Virus record (IMG/VR): IMGVR_UViG_3300032668_000010
Strand: one strand, 5' to 3'
Source of the DNA: an uncultured virus (IMG/VR IMGVR_UViG_3300032668_000010)
Lineage: Duplodnaviria; Heunggongvirae; Uroviricota; Caudoviricetes
Length of the DNA stretch: 64,000 nucleotides
Shown here: in pieces, positions 27,197-36,483 of the stretch
Numbering within the stretch: position 1 is the stretch's first letter
How the letters are laid out: each line of letters begins with the position of its first letter
Notes under the pieces: generated by a model
Told to the model about the DNA's origin: nothing
The model's database searches: none
The model's input: the letters and a program-made list of their open reading frames with translations, nothing else
Translations under genes and position numbers: made by a program

Positions 27197-28027
27197 TCAA
27201 ATTTCAAAACTAAATCCAGGGTCAAACTGCTCTGCACGGTCTTCGTAGCCCTTATATCCACGTGGATTACAAATAATACGAGTAGACCCGATCATATAAT
27301 CAAATACATCGTGGGTATGCCCGTGGGTCCACACTTTAATCTGTGGATTTTCTAAGATAAACTCACTGAGATCACTTGAATAAGCACCATTCATTAAATG
27401 GTCCCCGGCATACTGTGGCTTGATACTGGCCTTACTAGGTGAATGATGGGTTACTACCACAAACTTTTGATCAAACTTATCTTTAACTGTTTCTGCAATA
27501 AACTGCTTGCTTGCAAAGTGATCACTAACAGTACGCTCGGGATCTAAACGATGGTAAACATTCTTGGCTTCGTTAAATTGTGTAATCTGCTTGTAATCAT
27601 TCATTTGTTGTTTCATATGGAACATGGTCAAGGGATCTGCCTTGTTCATATCAGTCCACAGGGTAGCACCAACAAAAACAACATCATCAATGGTATGTGT
27701 TTGGTTTTCAAGCAGGGTTACATTATCGGGCAAATTGGATGCAATGTGAGCATAGGTCTTTTGATACTGAAAACCATAGTGTTCGTGGTTACCCATGACC
27801 ATAACAACCTCGCGATACTTGCTACACTCTTCTTCAAAGAATCTGTAGTACCTGTCAGGTCTTTGGTCTTTGCGTTCGTGCTCAAATAAGATCATGTCCC
27901 GGTTGTACATGTCTTTCTTTAGGCGTCGTGCTTCACAGATATCACCACTGAGGATTAATACATCGCCACCGGGCAAGGTAAGATCTGCAAAGTCCAAGTG
28001 TAGGTCACTAATTACTGCTACTTTCAT
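27197..28027 (-). CDS. Calcineurin-like metallophosphoesterase
   Basis: SDLH, SGDI, GNHE, THH.P, HGHTH, NPRGY. Confidence 0.92.
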   Translation of the reverse strand: MKVAVISDLHLDFADLTLPGGDVLILSGDICEARRLKKDMYNRDMILFEHERKDQRPDRYYRFFEEECSKYREVVMVMGNHEHYGFQYQKTYAHIASNLPDNVTLLENQTHTIDDVVFVGATLWTDMNKADPLTMFHMKQQMNDYKQITQFNEAKNVYHRLDPERTVSDHFASKQFIAETVKDKFDQKFVVVTHHSPSKASIKPQYAGDHLMNGAYSSDLSEFILENPQIKVWTHGHTHDVFDYMIGSTRIICNPRGYKGYEDRAEQFDPGFSFEI

Positions 28028-28028
28028 A

Positions 28029-28685
28029 TCAATCCCAAAGTGTTCTAAAATATTTTCCGAATAAACGAAGTCCGTTTTCAATGCGTTTGTTATGAGCTTC
28101 TAATCCTGCACGGTCTACTTTTAACTTTGTCATACTTTTCATAAAGTCTTTTTCTTTACTACTTTCCGTATGATCATAAAACTCACTTTCACCAGTCTCG
28201 TCATCTGCTAACTGTGCAAAGGTCCAAATAAGTTCATCTAGCATCCAGCTATAGCGAGCTTCGGCATAGTTGTCCCAATCGTACGAGTTTTTAATACCTT
28301 TACGAGCACCGGGGGCGGTACTGCGTAATTCTTTTGGCACGTCTTTGTTGTCAATCCAGCCGTAACCGTGCTTCTGCGTTTTAAGTTTTTGTAACATGGG
28401 ATGAATAACAAGTGCTAAGGTATGGTCCATGCCCCAAACATCATAGTTGTCGATTTTAACATACATACGACGCTTTTTATGTTCTTGTATCCAGTTACAA
28501 AATTTGCATAGCCAACTATCATTGCCATCTCGGTCGTTGGCCAACCAAGTTCCAAAGTCATGAACCCAGACTGGTTTGTCCATATGACCATTTTCATCGG
28601 GCACTTTTTTAACCCAAAAGCATAGTAAGTCTGCTATTTGATAGGGACCTATCCAAGAGGTATACGGACCAAGATATACTTTCAT
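28029..28685 (-). CDS. Phage hypothetical protein
   Basis: Ends GLRLFGKYFRTLWD; promoter TTGACC-17-TATAAT at 28710-28738. Confidence 0.65.
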   Translation of the reverse strand: MKVYLGPYTSWIGPYQIADLLCFWVKKVPDENGHMDKPVWVHDFGTWLANDRDGNDSWLCKFCNWIQEHKKRRMYVKIDNYDVWGMDHTLALVIHPMLQKLKTQKHGYGWIDNKDVPKELRSTAPGARKGIKNSYDWDNYAEARYSWMLDELIWTFAQLADDETGESEFYDHTESSKEKDFMKSMTKLKVDRAGLEAHNKRIENGLRLFGKYFRTLWD

Positions 28686-28727
28686 TTGTGATTCCTTAGT
28701 TGAGCTACAATTATACTGTTATTTGAA

Positions 28728-29096
28728 TTAAAGGTCAATAAATCTTTTTTGGGAAACTAGCCAGCCGATGCTATTTATGTCCGATTCAATTTCTTCAGTA
28801 ACATAGCTTTCTTCTACGAAGCCAGTGAAATCGGTACCGGAGAATCCAGTACCAGAACAATACCAATCTATGTAACTTTCATCTTCGCGGATATCAGATA
28901 TCAGTCTGGCCGCATAACTCCACGAACAATCCCAGTTGATATTTGACAATATTCCCCAGACATCTTTTGGTTGATATTGATTGTTACATAATGCGGCATA
29001 TAAATTTTGAGCGTAGATTTCTTCATGACGAACTTTATCAATGATCCGGTTCGTACCACGTAAATCGCGTTCTAAATTAAACACTTTTCTTGGCAT
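28728..29096 (-). CDS. Hypothetical protein (YAQNLYAALCN family)
   Basis: Paralogue of 31468-31878. Confidence 0.7.
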   Translation of the reverse strand: MPRKVFNLERDLRGTNRIIDKVRHEEIYAQNLYAALCNNQYQPKDVWGILSNINWDCSWSYAARLISDIREDESYIDWYCSGTGFSGTDFTGFVEESYVTEEIESDINSIGWLVSQKRFIDL

Positions 29097-29119
29097 ATAA
29101 AGTATTTAACTTGGCCAAG

Positions 29120-29147
29120 AAAAAAGCCCGCCTAAGCGAGCTTTTTT
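29120..29147. terminator. Intrinsic terminator (possibly bidirectional)
   Basis: A6-GCCCGC-CTAA-GCGAGC-T6. Confidence 0.75.
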
Positions 29148-29164
29148 GTGCTACTTAAACTTAA

Positions 29165-29458
29165 TTAAGCAACTAAGCCCATTGAGATAGCTTTGTATGC
29201 AACAGCAACCATCTTACGACTTGCTTCACCATGACGGTATTCAGTAACTTTAACGCCGTTACCTGCAACACGTTGGTTACCGTAAATAGCGTAGCCACGA
29301 GCGCGGATATCACTAATTGTTGCGGTAGGGTTCTTGATACCAAAACGATGTGTAATTTGAGCTGGGCTCAAGGTTTCACGGTTTAATACCAATGCTTCAA
29401 ACAAACGACCTTGTTTGGTCTTCAAATCAAATTTCTTTAGTTTTACAGTAATAGACAT
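29165..29458 (-). CDS. Winged-HTH DNA-binding protein
   Basis: TLSPAQITHRFGIKNPTATISDIRARGYAI. Confidence 0.65.
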   Translation of the reverse strand: MSITVKLKKFDLKTKQGRLFEALVLNRETLSPAQITHRFGIKNPTATISDIRARGYAIYGNQRVAGNGVKVTEYRHGEASRKMVAVAYKAISMGLVA

Positions 29459-29591
29459 GATGTCTCCTTTAAATTTAAAAGCTGTTTAGTAACAGCATGA
29501 TGCTAGTATAGCAAACTTGTTGAGTTAAATGCAACTACTAATTTAACCAAAACCAGATAAATAATAGTATTAAACCATAAAGGAAATCAAA

Positions 29592-29807
29592 ATGGCATAC
29601 GCAATTTATAAAGCTGGTGTTCCAGCAGTAGTAGGTACAAAAACTTTCGTAACAGGACAAGTTGCTAGTCCGGTTACAGCCACTTCTGTGACTACAGGTG
29701 TAGGTACAGTATCACCAGTAACAGGTACAGCAGTTAAACGTGGTCAAAATAGTGACAACGGTACAATCGTTTCTGTTGCAAAAGCTAAAAATACACCACA
29801 GAGTTAA
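29592..29807 (+). CDS. Low-complexity V/T/A/G late protein
   Basis: ATAAATA at 29557-29563; SD AAGGA. Confidence 0.65.
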   Translation: MAYAIYKAGVPAVVGTKTFVTGQVASPVTATSVTTGVGTVSPVTGTAVKRGQNSDNGTIVSVAKAKNTPQS

Positions 29808-29809
29808 TT

Positions 29810-30121
29810 ATGACTACTACAGTTAAAGTAACTACAGTTCCAGTTCCAGTAGCATCGGTTGCAAAGGTCAAGGTTGCAAGCCCTGTAGTTACAACTACAG
29901 CTGCCGCCATGACCAAGGTAGCTAATCCTGTTGTAGCTAAGGTAGTTGGCGTAGCAGTTGTAGCGCCTATTACTCCTGCAGCACCTGCGGCAGTTAAAAA
30001 TACTGCATCAGTAGCAGGTAGTGATACCGCACAACCTGCGGCTATCGGTAAAAAAGCAAAAACAACAACTACATCGCCTGTTGTAGGCAGTCAAACAAAC
30101 GGTCACGCTAGTTATCTATGA
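29810..30121 (+). CDS. Low-complexity V/A/T/K protein
   Basis: SPVV/NPVV repeats. Confidence 0.6.
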   Translation: MTTTVKVTTVPVPVASVAKVKVASPVVTTTAAAMTKVANPVVAKVVGVAVVAPITPAAPAAVKNTASVAGSDTAQPAAIGKKAKTTTTSPVVGSQTNGHASYL

Positions 30122-30456
30122 CATACCCTGGACAAGGAACACCTAGCCCCGTTATTGGCCAAGCTAACCATGTTCCTAGTCCTGTAGCACCTGTGGTAGC
30201 TCCATCGAATCATCAACCTCAATATACACCGCCGCCTGTAGTAATTACTGCGGTATATACAGCGCCGGCACCAACTAGACAAGAAGTTGGTCAACGAGTT
30301 AAAAACCCCAATCCTTATAACAATCAAGTGCCTATTGTTGCACAAGGTATACACACGCCACTGAATACTCCGTTAGGAGTTTATCCTGCAAAAGAAACTT
30401 CTACACAAGAATGGACTTGGGATTATGGCAACGGTGGCGGCCAGGGCAACTACTAG
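30118..30456 (+). CDS. Pro-rich low-complexity protein
   Basis: ATGA-coupled; SPV motifs. Confidence 0.6.
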   Translation: MTYPGQGTPSPVIGQANHVPSPVAPVVAPSNHQPQYTPPPVVITAVYTAPAPTRQEVGQRVKNPNPYNNQVPIVAQGIHTPLNTPLGVYPAKETSTQEWTWDYGNGGGQGNY

Positions 30457-31064
30457 GTAGATTTAATACCACGTCCTAAGATAGTGCCATATACAGGTTG
30501 TTCTTCTGTATACAATACTTCAAACCCATTTGCTAATAAAAATGGAATTACACTTCCCGATTTACCTGAGTAATGTCCCCACCATTTGTTAAACCAAGTA
30601 TCATCGCATACTACTAAACAATGTTCGGCCATGTGCGGCAATGCCAAGATCATCTGCGATAAGTGGGCGCTTTGGCTGTTTACGTTATTCATTTCCAGGC
30701 CCAGTGTTTGATACCGAGCTTGTTGTTCTAGAATAAAGTCGGGAGTCTTATCCGGATGCCAATCCCAATCAAAATTATCTAAATAAAGAAAATTAATTGG
30801 GCGCATCGAATAAATTCTATGATAAAGATAATCTTCACCACTTTGATTTAATATAGTACAGTTTGGAATGTGCAAATTTTGCACAAACTCACAATTGGCT
30901 GGATCCATGTCAATGGTAATCAATTTAGTACCTAACTGACTGGCCCATTCGGCTAAAGTTTTAGTACTACCATCATCGCCATTACGGCTAGTACCTATCT
31001 CAACAAATTCTCCCAAACTTAATTGATCTAGGTACTGTTCTGCTGTCCTAAAGACTTGACCCAT
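30453..31064 (-). CDS. Class I SAM-dependent methyltransferase-like protein
   Basis: FVEIGTSR, ITIDMD, FLYLD, VCDD. Confidence 0.7.
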   Translation of the reverse strand: MGQVFRTAEQYLDQLSLGEFVEIGTSRNGDDGSTKTLAEWASQLGTKLITIDMDPANCEFVQNLHIPNCTILNQSGEDYLYHRIYSMRPINFLYLDNFDWDWHPDKTPDFILEQQARYQTLGLEMNNVNSQSAHLSQMILALPHMAEHCLVVCDDTWFNKWWGHYSGKSGSVIPFLLANGFEVLYTEEQPVYGTILGRGIKST

Positions 31065-31225
31065 TACTCTTTATCGCGTTTACGATTCAGACTTTGACGA
31101 GCATTAGCGGCTTCTGCTTCGGCATAGCCTTTGATAAAGCTACGACGTTGTGCTTTATCTGTCATTGTTGCGGCTACTCGTTTTACTGATTTGCTTACTT
31201 TTACTGCACGTGGATCGTATGACAT
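31064..31225 (-). CDS. Small basic protein (not in ORF track)
   Basis: MSYDPRAVKVSKSVKRVAA...RKRDKE*; TAATG-coupled. Confidence 0.55.
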   Translation of the reverse strand: MSYDPRAVKVSKSVKRVAATMTDKAQRRSFIKGYAEAEAANARQSLNRKRDKE

Positions 31226-31226
31226 T

Positions 31227-31535
31227 TCATTTTCCTTTAAGTTCGTTTAATACAAGTTCTTTACTGCGCTGAATATCTTCTTGTTCTAATGCCAGGGCCA
31301 TTCTTGAGCCTAGCACATTAATAATATCAAGTATAGCACGTTCGCCGGATTCAGTCAAATGGCAGTAGTCCGCCCCAATACTTGAGTGATAGTAGTAATT
31401 ACGATCTCGTAGGATTTCTTTAATACTACCAACTATCATTTTTTCAACATCTTTAGTTTTCATTCGATCAATCCTTGTCTTTAGGCCACTCACTCGGAGT
31501 CCAACCCAGAGTCGCAAAATCTTCACGTATTTCAT
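31227..31535 (-). CDS. Hypothetical protein
   Basis: Likely start MKTKDV. Confidence 0.55.
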   Translation of the reverse strand: MKYVKILRLWVGLRVSGLKTRIDRMKTKDVEKMIVGSIKEILRDRNYYYHSSIGADYCHLTESGERAILDIINVLGSRMALALEQEDIQRSKELVLNELKGK

Positions 31536-31878
31536 CTGTTACTGTTCCTTCCGGTACGTGTTTTTTTTCATTGAACTTTGATTCGGCTACTGCGGGATCT
31601 TCTGTAAAGTCGAAGCCACCACCAATGCCACTACAGTACCAATCCATATAATCTTCATTAACATCTTCGAATCCATTGCGGAAGTCCGCTACTATTCCGC
31701 CCGCGGCACGCCAGCTACACGACCAATATTCGTCTTTAAGTACAGGCCAGATGTCAGCAGGTTGCCAACGCATATTACACAGGGCGGCATATACATTTTG
31801 GGCATAGTCCTTGCGGGTCCTTATTTTTTCTAAGAACCACGCACATTGCTCAAGATCGGTTACTAAATCTCTATCCAA
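31468..31878 (-). CDS. Hypothetical protein (YAQNLYAALCN family)
   Basis: YAQNVYAALCN..WSCSWR..YMDWYCSG..EG.VT.EI. Confidence 0.7.
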   Translation of the reverse strand: MDRDLVTDLEQCAWFLEKIRTRKDYAQNVYAALCNMRWQPADIWPVLKDEYWSCSWRAAGGIVADFRNGFEDVNEDYMDWYCSGIGGGFDFTEDPAVAESKFNEKKHVPEGTVTDEIREDFATLGWTPSEWPKDKD

Positions 31879-32173
31879 GAACGCGAATCTCTCTTACATT
31901 AGCTACCTTAAAGGCACGCCATTGAGAACGGTCCAAACACCACACACTCAGAGTTTCTGGCTTGTATAGTCGTGTAGTTTGAAATTCTTCTGTAACTACA
32001 CGTTGTGGCATTGCTTCAGTACGCAAGGTACAAGGCATTGTGCGTAAGGTACCATCTACTTTAGTGAATGTAACTTCACAATCGTGTTCGTTGAGTAGAT
32101 GCCTAAGTTCGCGGTTGCGAGCATCCAAGTCTAGGCCTTCTACAGTCTCGGTATATCTAATTCCAAATGTCAT
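31871..32173 (-). CDS. WYL/SH3-like domain protein
   Basis: VTFTKVDGTLRTMPCTL...VWCLDRSQWRAFKV. Confidence 0.65.
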   Translation of the reverse strand: MTFGIRYTETVEGLDLDARNRELRHLLNEHDCEVTFTKVDGTLRTMPCTLRTEAMPQRVVTEEFQTTRLYKPETLSVWCLDRSQWRAFKVANVREIRVLG

Positions 32174-32343
32174 TTTGTTTCCTTGCGTTTTAATGTCCAC
32201 GTACCATCTTTGTTATCAATCCACTCAATGATAGCACCTTCTTCCCAGCCCAGCTCTTTACAGGCCTCTCCGATGTCAAGAAGCATTTCTCCTGGATGGT
32301 CTGGATCTTCTACTATAGTAGTAATCCAACTATATCTTGTCAT
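32170..32343 (-). CDS. AbrB/SpoVT-like small protein (not in ORF track)
   Basis: IVEDPDHPGEMLLDIGEACKELGWEEGAIIEWIDNKDGTWTL. Confidence 0.6.
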   Translation of the reverse strand: MTRYSWITTIVEDPDHPGEMLLDIGEACKELGWEEGAIIEWIDNKDGTWTLKRKETK

Positions 32344-32603
32344 TCTTCAACTCCAAAATGTTCTTCAAACTGTCTCACAACATCTGGTGCCACAGCGTCA
32401 GCAACCCAGTTATTAGATACAATTCTTGATGGATGTTCCTTACAAATGGTCATACATTCTCTCACAATCAACTCGGCGAACTTGGCTAAGTTTCCATCAT
32501 ATGTCATATTTTCAATATACAATCTAGGACTATCATCCCAATGTACTAATTGAATGCCTGCATCTTTAACAAGTTTTTTAAACAATTCACTATCTGGATT
32601 CAT
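32340..32603 (-). CDS. MNERI-family small protein
   Basis: KFAELIVREC...EHFGVEE. Confidence 0.7.
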   Translation of the reverse strand: MNPDSELFKKLVKDAGIQLVHWDDSPRLYIENMTYDGNLAKFAELIVRECMTICKEHPSRIVSNNWVADAVAPDVVRQFEEHFGVEE

Positions 32604-32844
32604 TCTTCAACTCATCTATAGGTGGATAATCAATATAATCACCAAACTCCGAACTATACAATACTGCATCAGTTCCTAATATCTGAACTTCTAAATCGTG
32701 GTGTGTAATATCATAATCAACAAAGGTAAAGTCCTCATTATACACACGGAAGAAATAGAAGGTGCCGCCATTCATGTCAACGCCGTGCATGATAAATCCT
32801 TTTACACCATTGGCAGGTTTAACACTTCTTATCTTCTCGTTCAT
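32590..32844 (-). CDS. Unrelated cargo ORF with family-type MNEKIR start
   Basis: Flanked by the same junction DNA. Confidence 0.6.
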   Translation of the reverse strand: MNEKIRSVKPANGVKGFIMHGVDMNGGTFYFFRVYNEDFTFVDYDITHHDLEVQILGTDAVLYSSEFGDYIDYPPIDELKNESR

Positions 32845-33134
32845 TCTTCAACTCCGAAATGTTGTTTAATTACTAAAACCGATTCATTCATACCAGCGAT
32901 AGCACCTTGCTCGTAAGAGTAAACACCTTCGTCCGCAATTTTCTTTGTGAGGCTATTATTGTTGTATGTTTCAATAGTGGTTACACATTCCCGAACAATC
33001 AACTCGGCGAATCGTAGTCTTAAAAATTCATCTGGATTGCATCCACAATCACATTCTTGTAGATTAACTTGTTGCCAAAGTTGTTCAAACCGATTGTTCA
33101 TTATTGCACCCCATATGATCTTTAACATAATCAC
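32841..33134 (-). CDS. MNERI-family small protein
   Basis: RFAELIVREC...IKQHFGVEE; likely start MNNRFE. Confidence 0.7.
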   Translation of the reverse strand: MIMLKIIWGAIMNNRFEQLWQQVNLQECDCGCNPDEFLRLRFAELIVRECVTTIETYNNNSLTKKIADEGVYSYEQGAIAGMNESVLVIKQHFGVEE

Positions 33135-33333
33135 TTACCCTATTAGCGTGGCTTCTAATTTCTTTATCATTAAGCGATTGTAAGTTATAGTTAAATGTTA
33201 GTGCGAGTTTAGCACATTCTTTAATAATCAACTCGGCGAACTTTTCTAATTCGTTGTATGACATATTGCCGTCACTTAGATTAGCCTCTGTAATGCCAAC
33301 CTGTTCACTAAGTTCTCTAATCTTCTCGTTCAT
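33085..33333 (-). CDS. MNERI-family small protein
   Basis: MNEKIREL..EKFAELIIKEC. Confidence 0.7.
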   Translation of the reverse strand: MNEKIRELSEQVGITEANLSDGNMSYNELEKFAELIIKECAKLALTFNYNLQSLNDKEIRSHANRVSDYVKDHMGCNNEQSV

Positions 33334-33564
33334 TTATAGACCTTGTGATTTTCTATAGTCTTCGAATTTATAATATTCAGATAAGCTATTAAATGAAATG
33401 CTGTCCGTTTCGCTATTTTTATATTGTATTACAGCATTAAATTTAGTCTTAGCATATTGATCAAAATCATCACTTGATTTTAGTAGAATTTTATCAAACC
33501 TTGCTGCCTTCTTAAATGCTTTGGCGTTGCGACTATATTTTGTGAAATTTACAGTTACAGTCAT
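33334..33564 (-). CDS. AT-rich cargo ORF within array
   Basis: Starts at the junction ATG. Confidence 0.55.
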   Translation of the reverse strand: MTVTVNFTKYSRNAKAFKKAARFDKILLKSSDDFDQYAKTKFNAVIQYKNSETDSISFNSLSEYYKFEDYRKSQGL

Positions 33565-33794
33565 TCTTCAATTCCGAAGTATTCTTTAACACTTTCATTA
33601 CAATGCGTAATAGCATCATTCCATCCAAGATAAAAATCTCTATGCGTACTGTTAACAGCATATGATTTATTTTGTCGTATAAATTCCCGCACAATTAACT
33701 CGGCGAACTTTTCAGCAAATACCGGATCATAATAATGAATCGAATCTCCATTATTTTGAGCCTGTAGAGCAAGTTGTTTAATCCGTTCGTTCAT
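33561..33794 (-). CDS. MNERI-family small protein
   Basis: MNERIKQL..EKFAELIVRE..EYFGIEE. Confidence 0.7.
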   Translation of the reverse strand: MNERIKQLALQAQNNGDSIHYYDPVFAEKFAELIVREFIRQNKSYAVNSTHRDFYLGWNDAITHCNESVKEYFGIEE

Positions 33795-34024
33795 TATTTT
33801 GCCTTCTGATATTGTCGTTTAATTTGTTCTACAGCATGTTTAACTGAGGCATTATAACCATTTTCCCAATCTTGATACCCACTCTCCGGCTCGGCAATTT
33901 TCTGACTTTTGATAATCTTGCAGATATCTCTAGCAATCAACTCAGCTAACAAGTTAGCACGACCTGCAAGTTCTGGTGCCGCAAATCCTGCTTCTAGCAT
34001 TAGTTCTTTTATTCTATCGTTCAT
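33794..34024 (-). CDS. MNERI-family small protein
   Basis: MNDRIKELMLEAGFAAPE..LAELI. Confidence 0.7.
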   Translation of the reverse strand: MNDRIKELMLEAGFAAPELAGRANLLAELIARDICKIIKSQKIAEPESGYQDWENGYNASVKHAVEQIKRQYQKAK

Positions 34025-34263
34025 TCTTCAACTCCGAAATGTTGTTTAATTTGATCTGCAGAAAAGTATGCGCCTTGGCCGAATTCTGGAGCGATGTCGT
34101 TATTACAGTCCCCTACTTGAACCGCAACACCTGCACATTCCCGAACAATCAACTCGGCGAACTTTTCTCTTAACGGTTCAGGAAGCATAATAGTGGCATA
34201 CTGATGTTGTTTTGAGAACTCTTCTATAGAATCGTCCCAAAGTTGTTTAATCCGCTCGTTCAT
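34021..34263 (-). CDS. MNERI-family small protein
   Basis: MNERIKQL..EKFAELIVREC..IKQHFGVEE. Confidence 0.7.
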   Translation of the reverse strand: MNERIKQLWDDSIEEFSKQHQYATIMLPEPLREKFAELIVRECAGVAVQVGDCNNDIAPEFGQGAYFSADQIKQHFGVEE

Positions 34264-35561
34264 AACTTCTCTCCCGGTTCAAATCCGCGGAATCCTTTGA
34301 AACGTGGGAATCGTAAACTGTAAGTACCGTCTTGATTTTGTGTTACAGCATCGGCACGGACTTCAACAATGTTACCGACAAGGTTATCCCTAGCGGCCCA
34401 ATAAGTAATGCGATTATCATCTGTAAGTCCTGATCCGACATTGGTCCTAATAAGTTTACCATCATCTGTTCCTTCTACAATTAATGCACCTAGTCGGCCT
34501 TCATTCTTACCTGTGCCTTCTTCGGTGCCCACTACTGTTAAACTAACTTCAATGTAGGGCTTTTGTTTTAACCATGCCACTGAACGTTTAGTTTCGTATG
34601 GTGCGTCGGGATCTTTAATCATAATTCCTTCGTAACCGCCTGCGATTGCTTGTGCATTAATTTCCTTGAACTTGGCCTGGTGCTCGGGGTTTTCTAAGTC
34701 TAATAACACTTGCCCAACAATATCTACGTTAGGCATATGATCGGCTAAAGGGGTAAACCACTGCTTTAACCAAGTACTACGTTCAATTTGTGTACGTGAG
34801 CTTAGTCCTGCTTGAAAATCTTTAAGTGTAAGGATGTCAAACAAGTTAAGCACAGCATCGTTGCTTTCAACATCGCTCTTACGATGCACTTGTTTCATTA
34901 GGTCCTGGAACGAACTTGACATTACTTCGCCATCTAAGACCATTGGCTCTTGAAAGAAGATAGCGTGTTTGCTAATTTGTTTTGCAATATGCGGAAAGTT
35001 TACTAGCTCTTTACCGTTCCGGCTAAACATACTGACAGCGCCAGAAGGATACACGATAGTAATAACACGAACTCCGTCCAACTTAACTTCCACCAACTTT
35101 TTGCCTGAGACTTTGCTTTCATGGTTAGCACCATCATGCGCTAATTGACAAGAAAATACAGGAACAGCATATTTCTTATCTGCATGTTTATTGACTGTAG
35201 TATCGCTAGTTCCGCAACGCATATCCTTAATAAGAATACGACGGTACCATTGATTCCACTCCTGTTCTGTTGCGTTCATACGCAAATAGTTAATCGCGGT
35301 AAGTGCGGCAATGCCTGTCACTTGACGTGAGCTAAGGGAGTCGGCCGTTTTCCAAAATGCATCAGATGTAATACCCTTACCGTCGCCTGACTTTTCTTCT
35401 ACCTTCTTTACACCAAAGGTAACCATAGCATCATACGCCGCACGGAATCCACGAAACAATTCGTCGTTGCCTGCAATGCTCTCACGTTTGATAATAGCTT
35501 CTTTGGCCAACCGACTAGCATCTGCTTCTAGCTCTGCAACAACTTCCCAGGGTTTCAACAT
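34260..35561 (-). CDS. ATP-dependent DNA ligase
   Basis: EVKLDGVR (KxDG), LDGE, FDIL, EGIMIK, SLRFPRF. Confidence 0.95.
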   Translation of the reverse strand: MLKPWEVVAELEADASRLAKEAIIKRESIAGNDELFRGFRAAYDAMVTFGVKKVEEKSGDGKGITSDAFWKTADSLSSRQVTGIAALTAINYLRMNATEQEWNQWYRRILIKDMRCGTSDTTVNKHADKKYAVPVFSCQLAHDGANHESKVSGKKLVEVKLDGVRVITIVYPSGAVSMFSRNGKELVNFPHIAKQISKHAIFFQEPMVLDGEVMSSSFQDLMKQVHRKSDVESNDAVLNLFDILTLKDFQAGLSSRTQIERSTWLKQWFTPLADHMPNVDIVGQVLLDLENPEHQAKFKEINAQAIAGGYEGIMIKDPDAPYETKRSVAWLKQKPYIEVSLTVVGTEEGTGKNEGRLGALIVEGTDDGKLIRTNVGSGLTDDNRITYWAARDNLVGNIVEVRADAVTQNQDGTYSLRFPRFKGFRGFEPGEKL

Positions 35562-35776
35562 TAAGCTACCTCTTTCTCACGGAATGATAAAATTATATCA
35601 CGTACACGCTCCCGGTCTACGCTGTCGCCTTCAAATTCTGTTTGACCAAAATCTTCTTCCATACGGACTTTGTATAACTGGGTTGCAAGGATAACCTGCT
35701 TAGAAGTAAAACCGTAATCGTAAATGCCGTTAGGACCATAAAAATCTAACATATATTTGGTAAAATTTAAGTTCAT
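35561..35776 (-). CDS. Hypothetical early protein
   Basis: Promoter TTGTCC-17-TATAAT at 35807-35835; SD AGGAG. Confidence 0.65.
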   Translation of the reverse strand: MNLNFTKYMLDFYGPNGIYDYGFTSKQVILATQLYKVRMEEDFGQTEFEGDSVDRERVRDIILSFREKEVA

Positions 35777-35840
35777 TTACGGCTCCTGTTTATTTACTAT
35801 ACAACTATTATACATTAAATGGATTTAATGGACAACCACT

Positions 35841-36035
35841 TTAAAAGTGGAAATCCCTTACCCAATCAAACCGTGTAGTAGCAGGAACCCAACGTCTTTG
35901 TTGTCTTTTGTGCTCAGGAAGATGTAGATCGAACTCAACAAGAACCCAGTCTCGTTGTTGCGAAAAAGCAACAGTTTCTTGGGTGCGTACAACACGAACA
36001 AAACGATCGTTAAAACGAGCAACTGTTATTGTCAT
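35841..36035 (-). CDS. Hypothetical early protein
   Basis: Promoter TAGACC-17-TATAAT at 36065-36093. Confidence 0.6.
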   Translation of the reverse strand: MTITVARFNDRFVRVVRTQETVAFSQQRDWVLVEFDLHLPEHKRQQRRWVPATTRFDWVRDFHF

Positions 36036-36090
36036 ACACCCCCCTTGTTATTCACTATACAACTATTATAACATTTTGGGAATTAATGGT

Positions 36091-36483
36091 CTACCAGTCC
36101 TGTTCTGCTTGCTCGGTGGTATTCTTTAGTTCATTCCACATATACTTCTGTTCGCATTCTTTGTAATAAGAATCGCGAGCTTCCCGTGCATCCGATGAAC
36201 ACCACCACTGGACTGCTTCGTAACTACCTTGACATTCACGTGGAGCACACTCGCGAATCCACATAGCCAAGCCCCAATAGGTTTGTTTGTTGGCAGAGTC
36301 TGCATTGTATAAGGCACGTTCAAAATCGTAGGCAAACATAGCTTCTAAGTGTCCACCTGGTGGCAAGCCGTCGAACAAAAAACGATTTAATGCTTCTGTA
36401 GTCTGCTCAGAGAAGCGCATACCCATATACCTAAGGTTTTCGTATACCTCTGTTTCAAAATCGAGTTTCATACGTTCAGTCAT
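36091..36483 (-). CDS. Hypothetical protein
   Basis: GLPPGG.LEA..A...AD..N...GS.EAV..W; starts at HFGVEK junction. Confidence 0.65.
   Translation of the reverse strand: MTERMKLDFETEVYENLRYMGMRFSEQTTEALNRFLFDGLPPGGHLEAMFAYDFERALYNADSANKQTYWGLAMWIRECAPRECQGSYEAVQWWCSSDAREARDSYYKECEQKYMWNELKNTTEQAEQDW

Larger units (their letters stand above)
32340..34263 (-). repeat. MNERI/KFAELIVREC/HFGVEE cassette array with conserved DNA junctions
   Basis: Plus-strand repeats tcattcttcaa(c/t)tc (32340, 32600, 32841, 33561, 34021) and aactcggcgaa. Confidence 0.8.

Noticed and set aside
32340..34263. CRISPR array
   Set aside because: The repeats are degenerate, lie in coding sequence and are irregularly spaced; no cas genes are visible.
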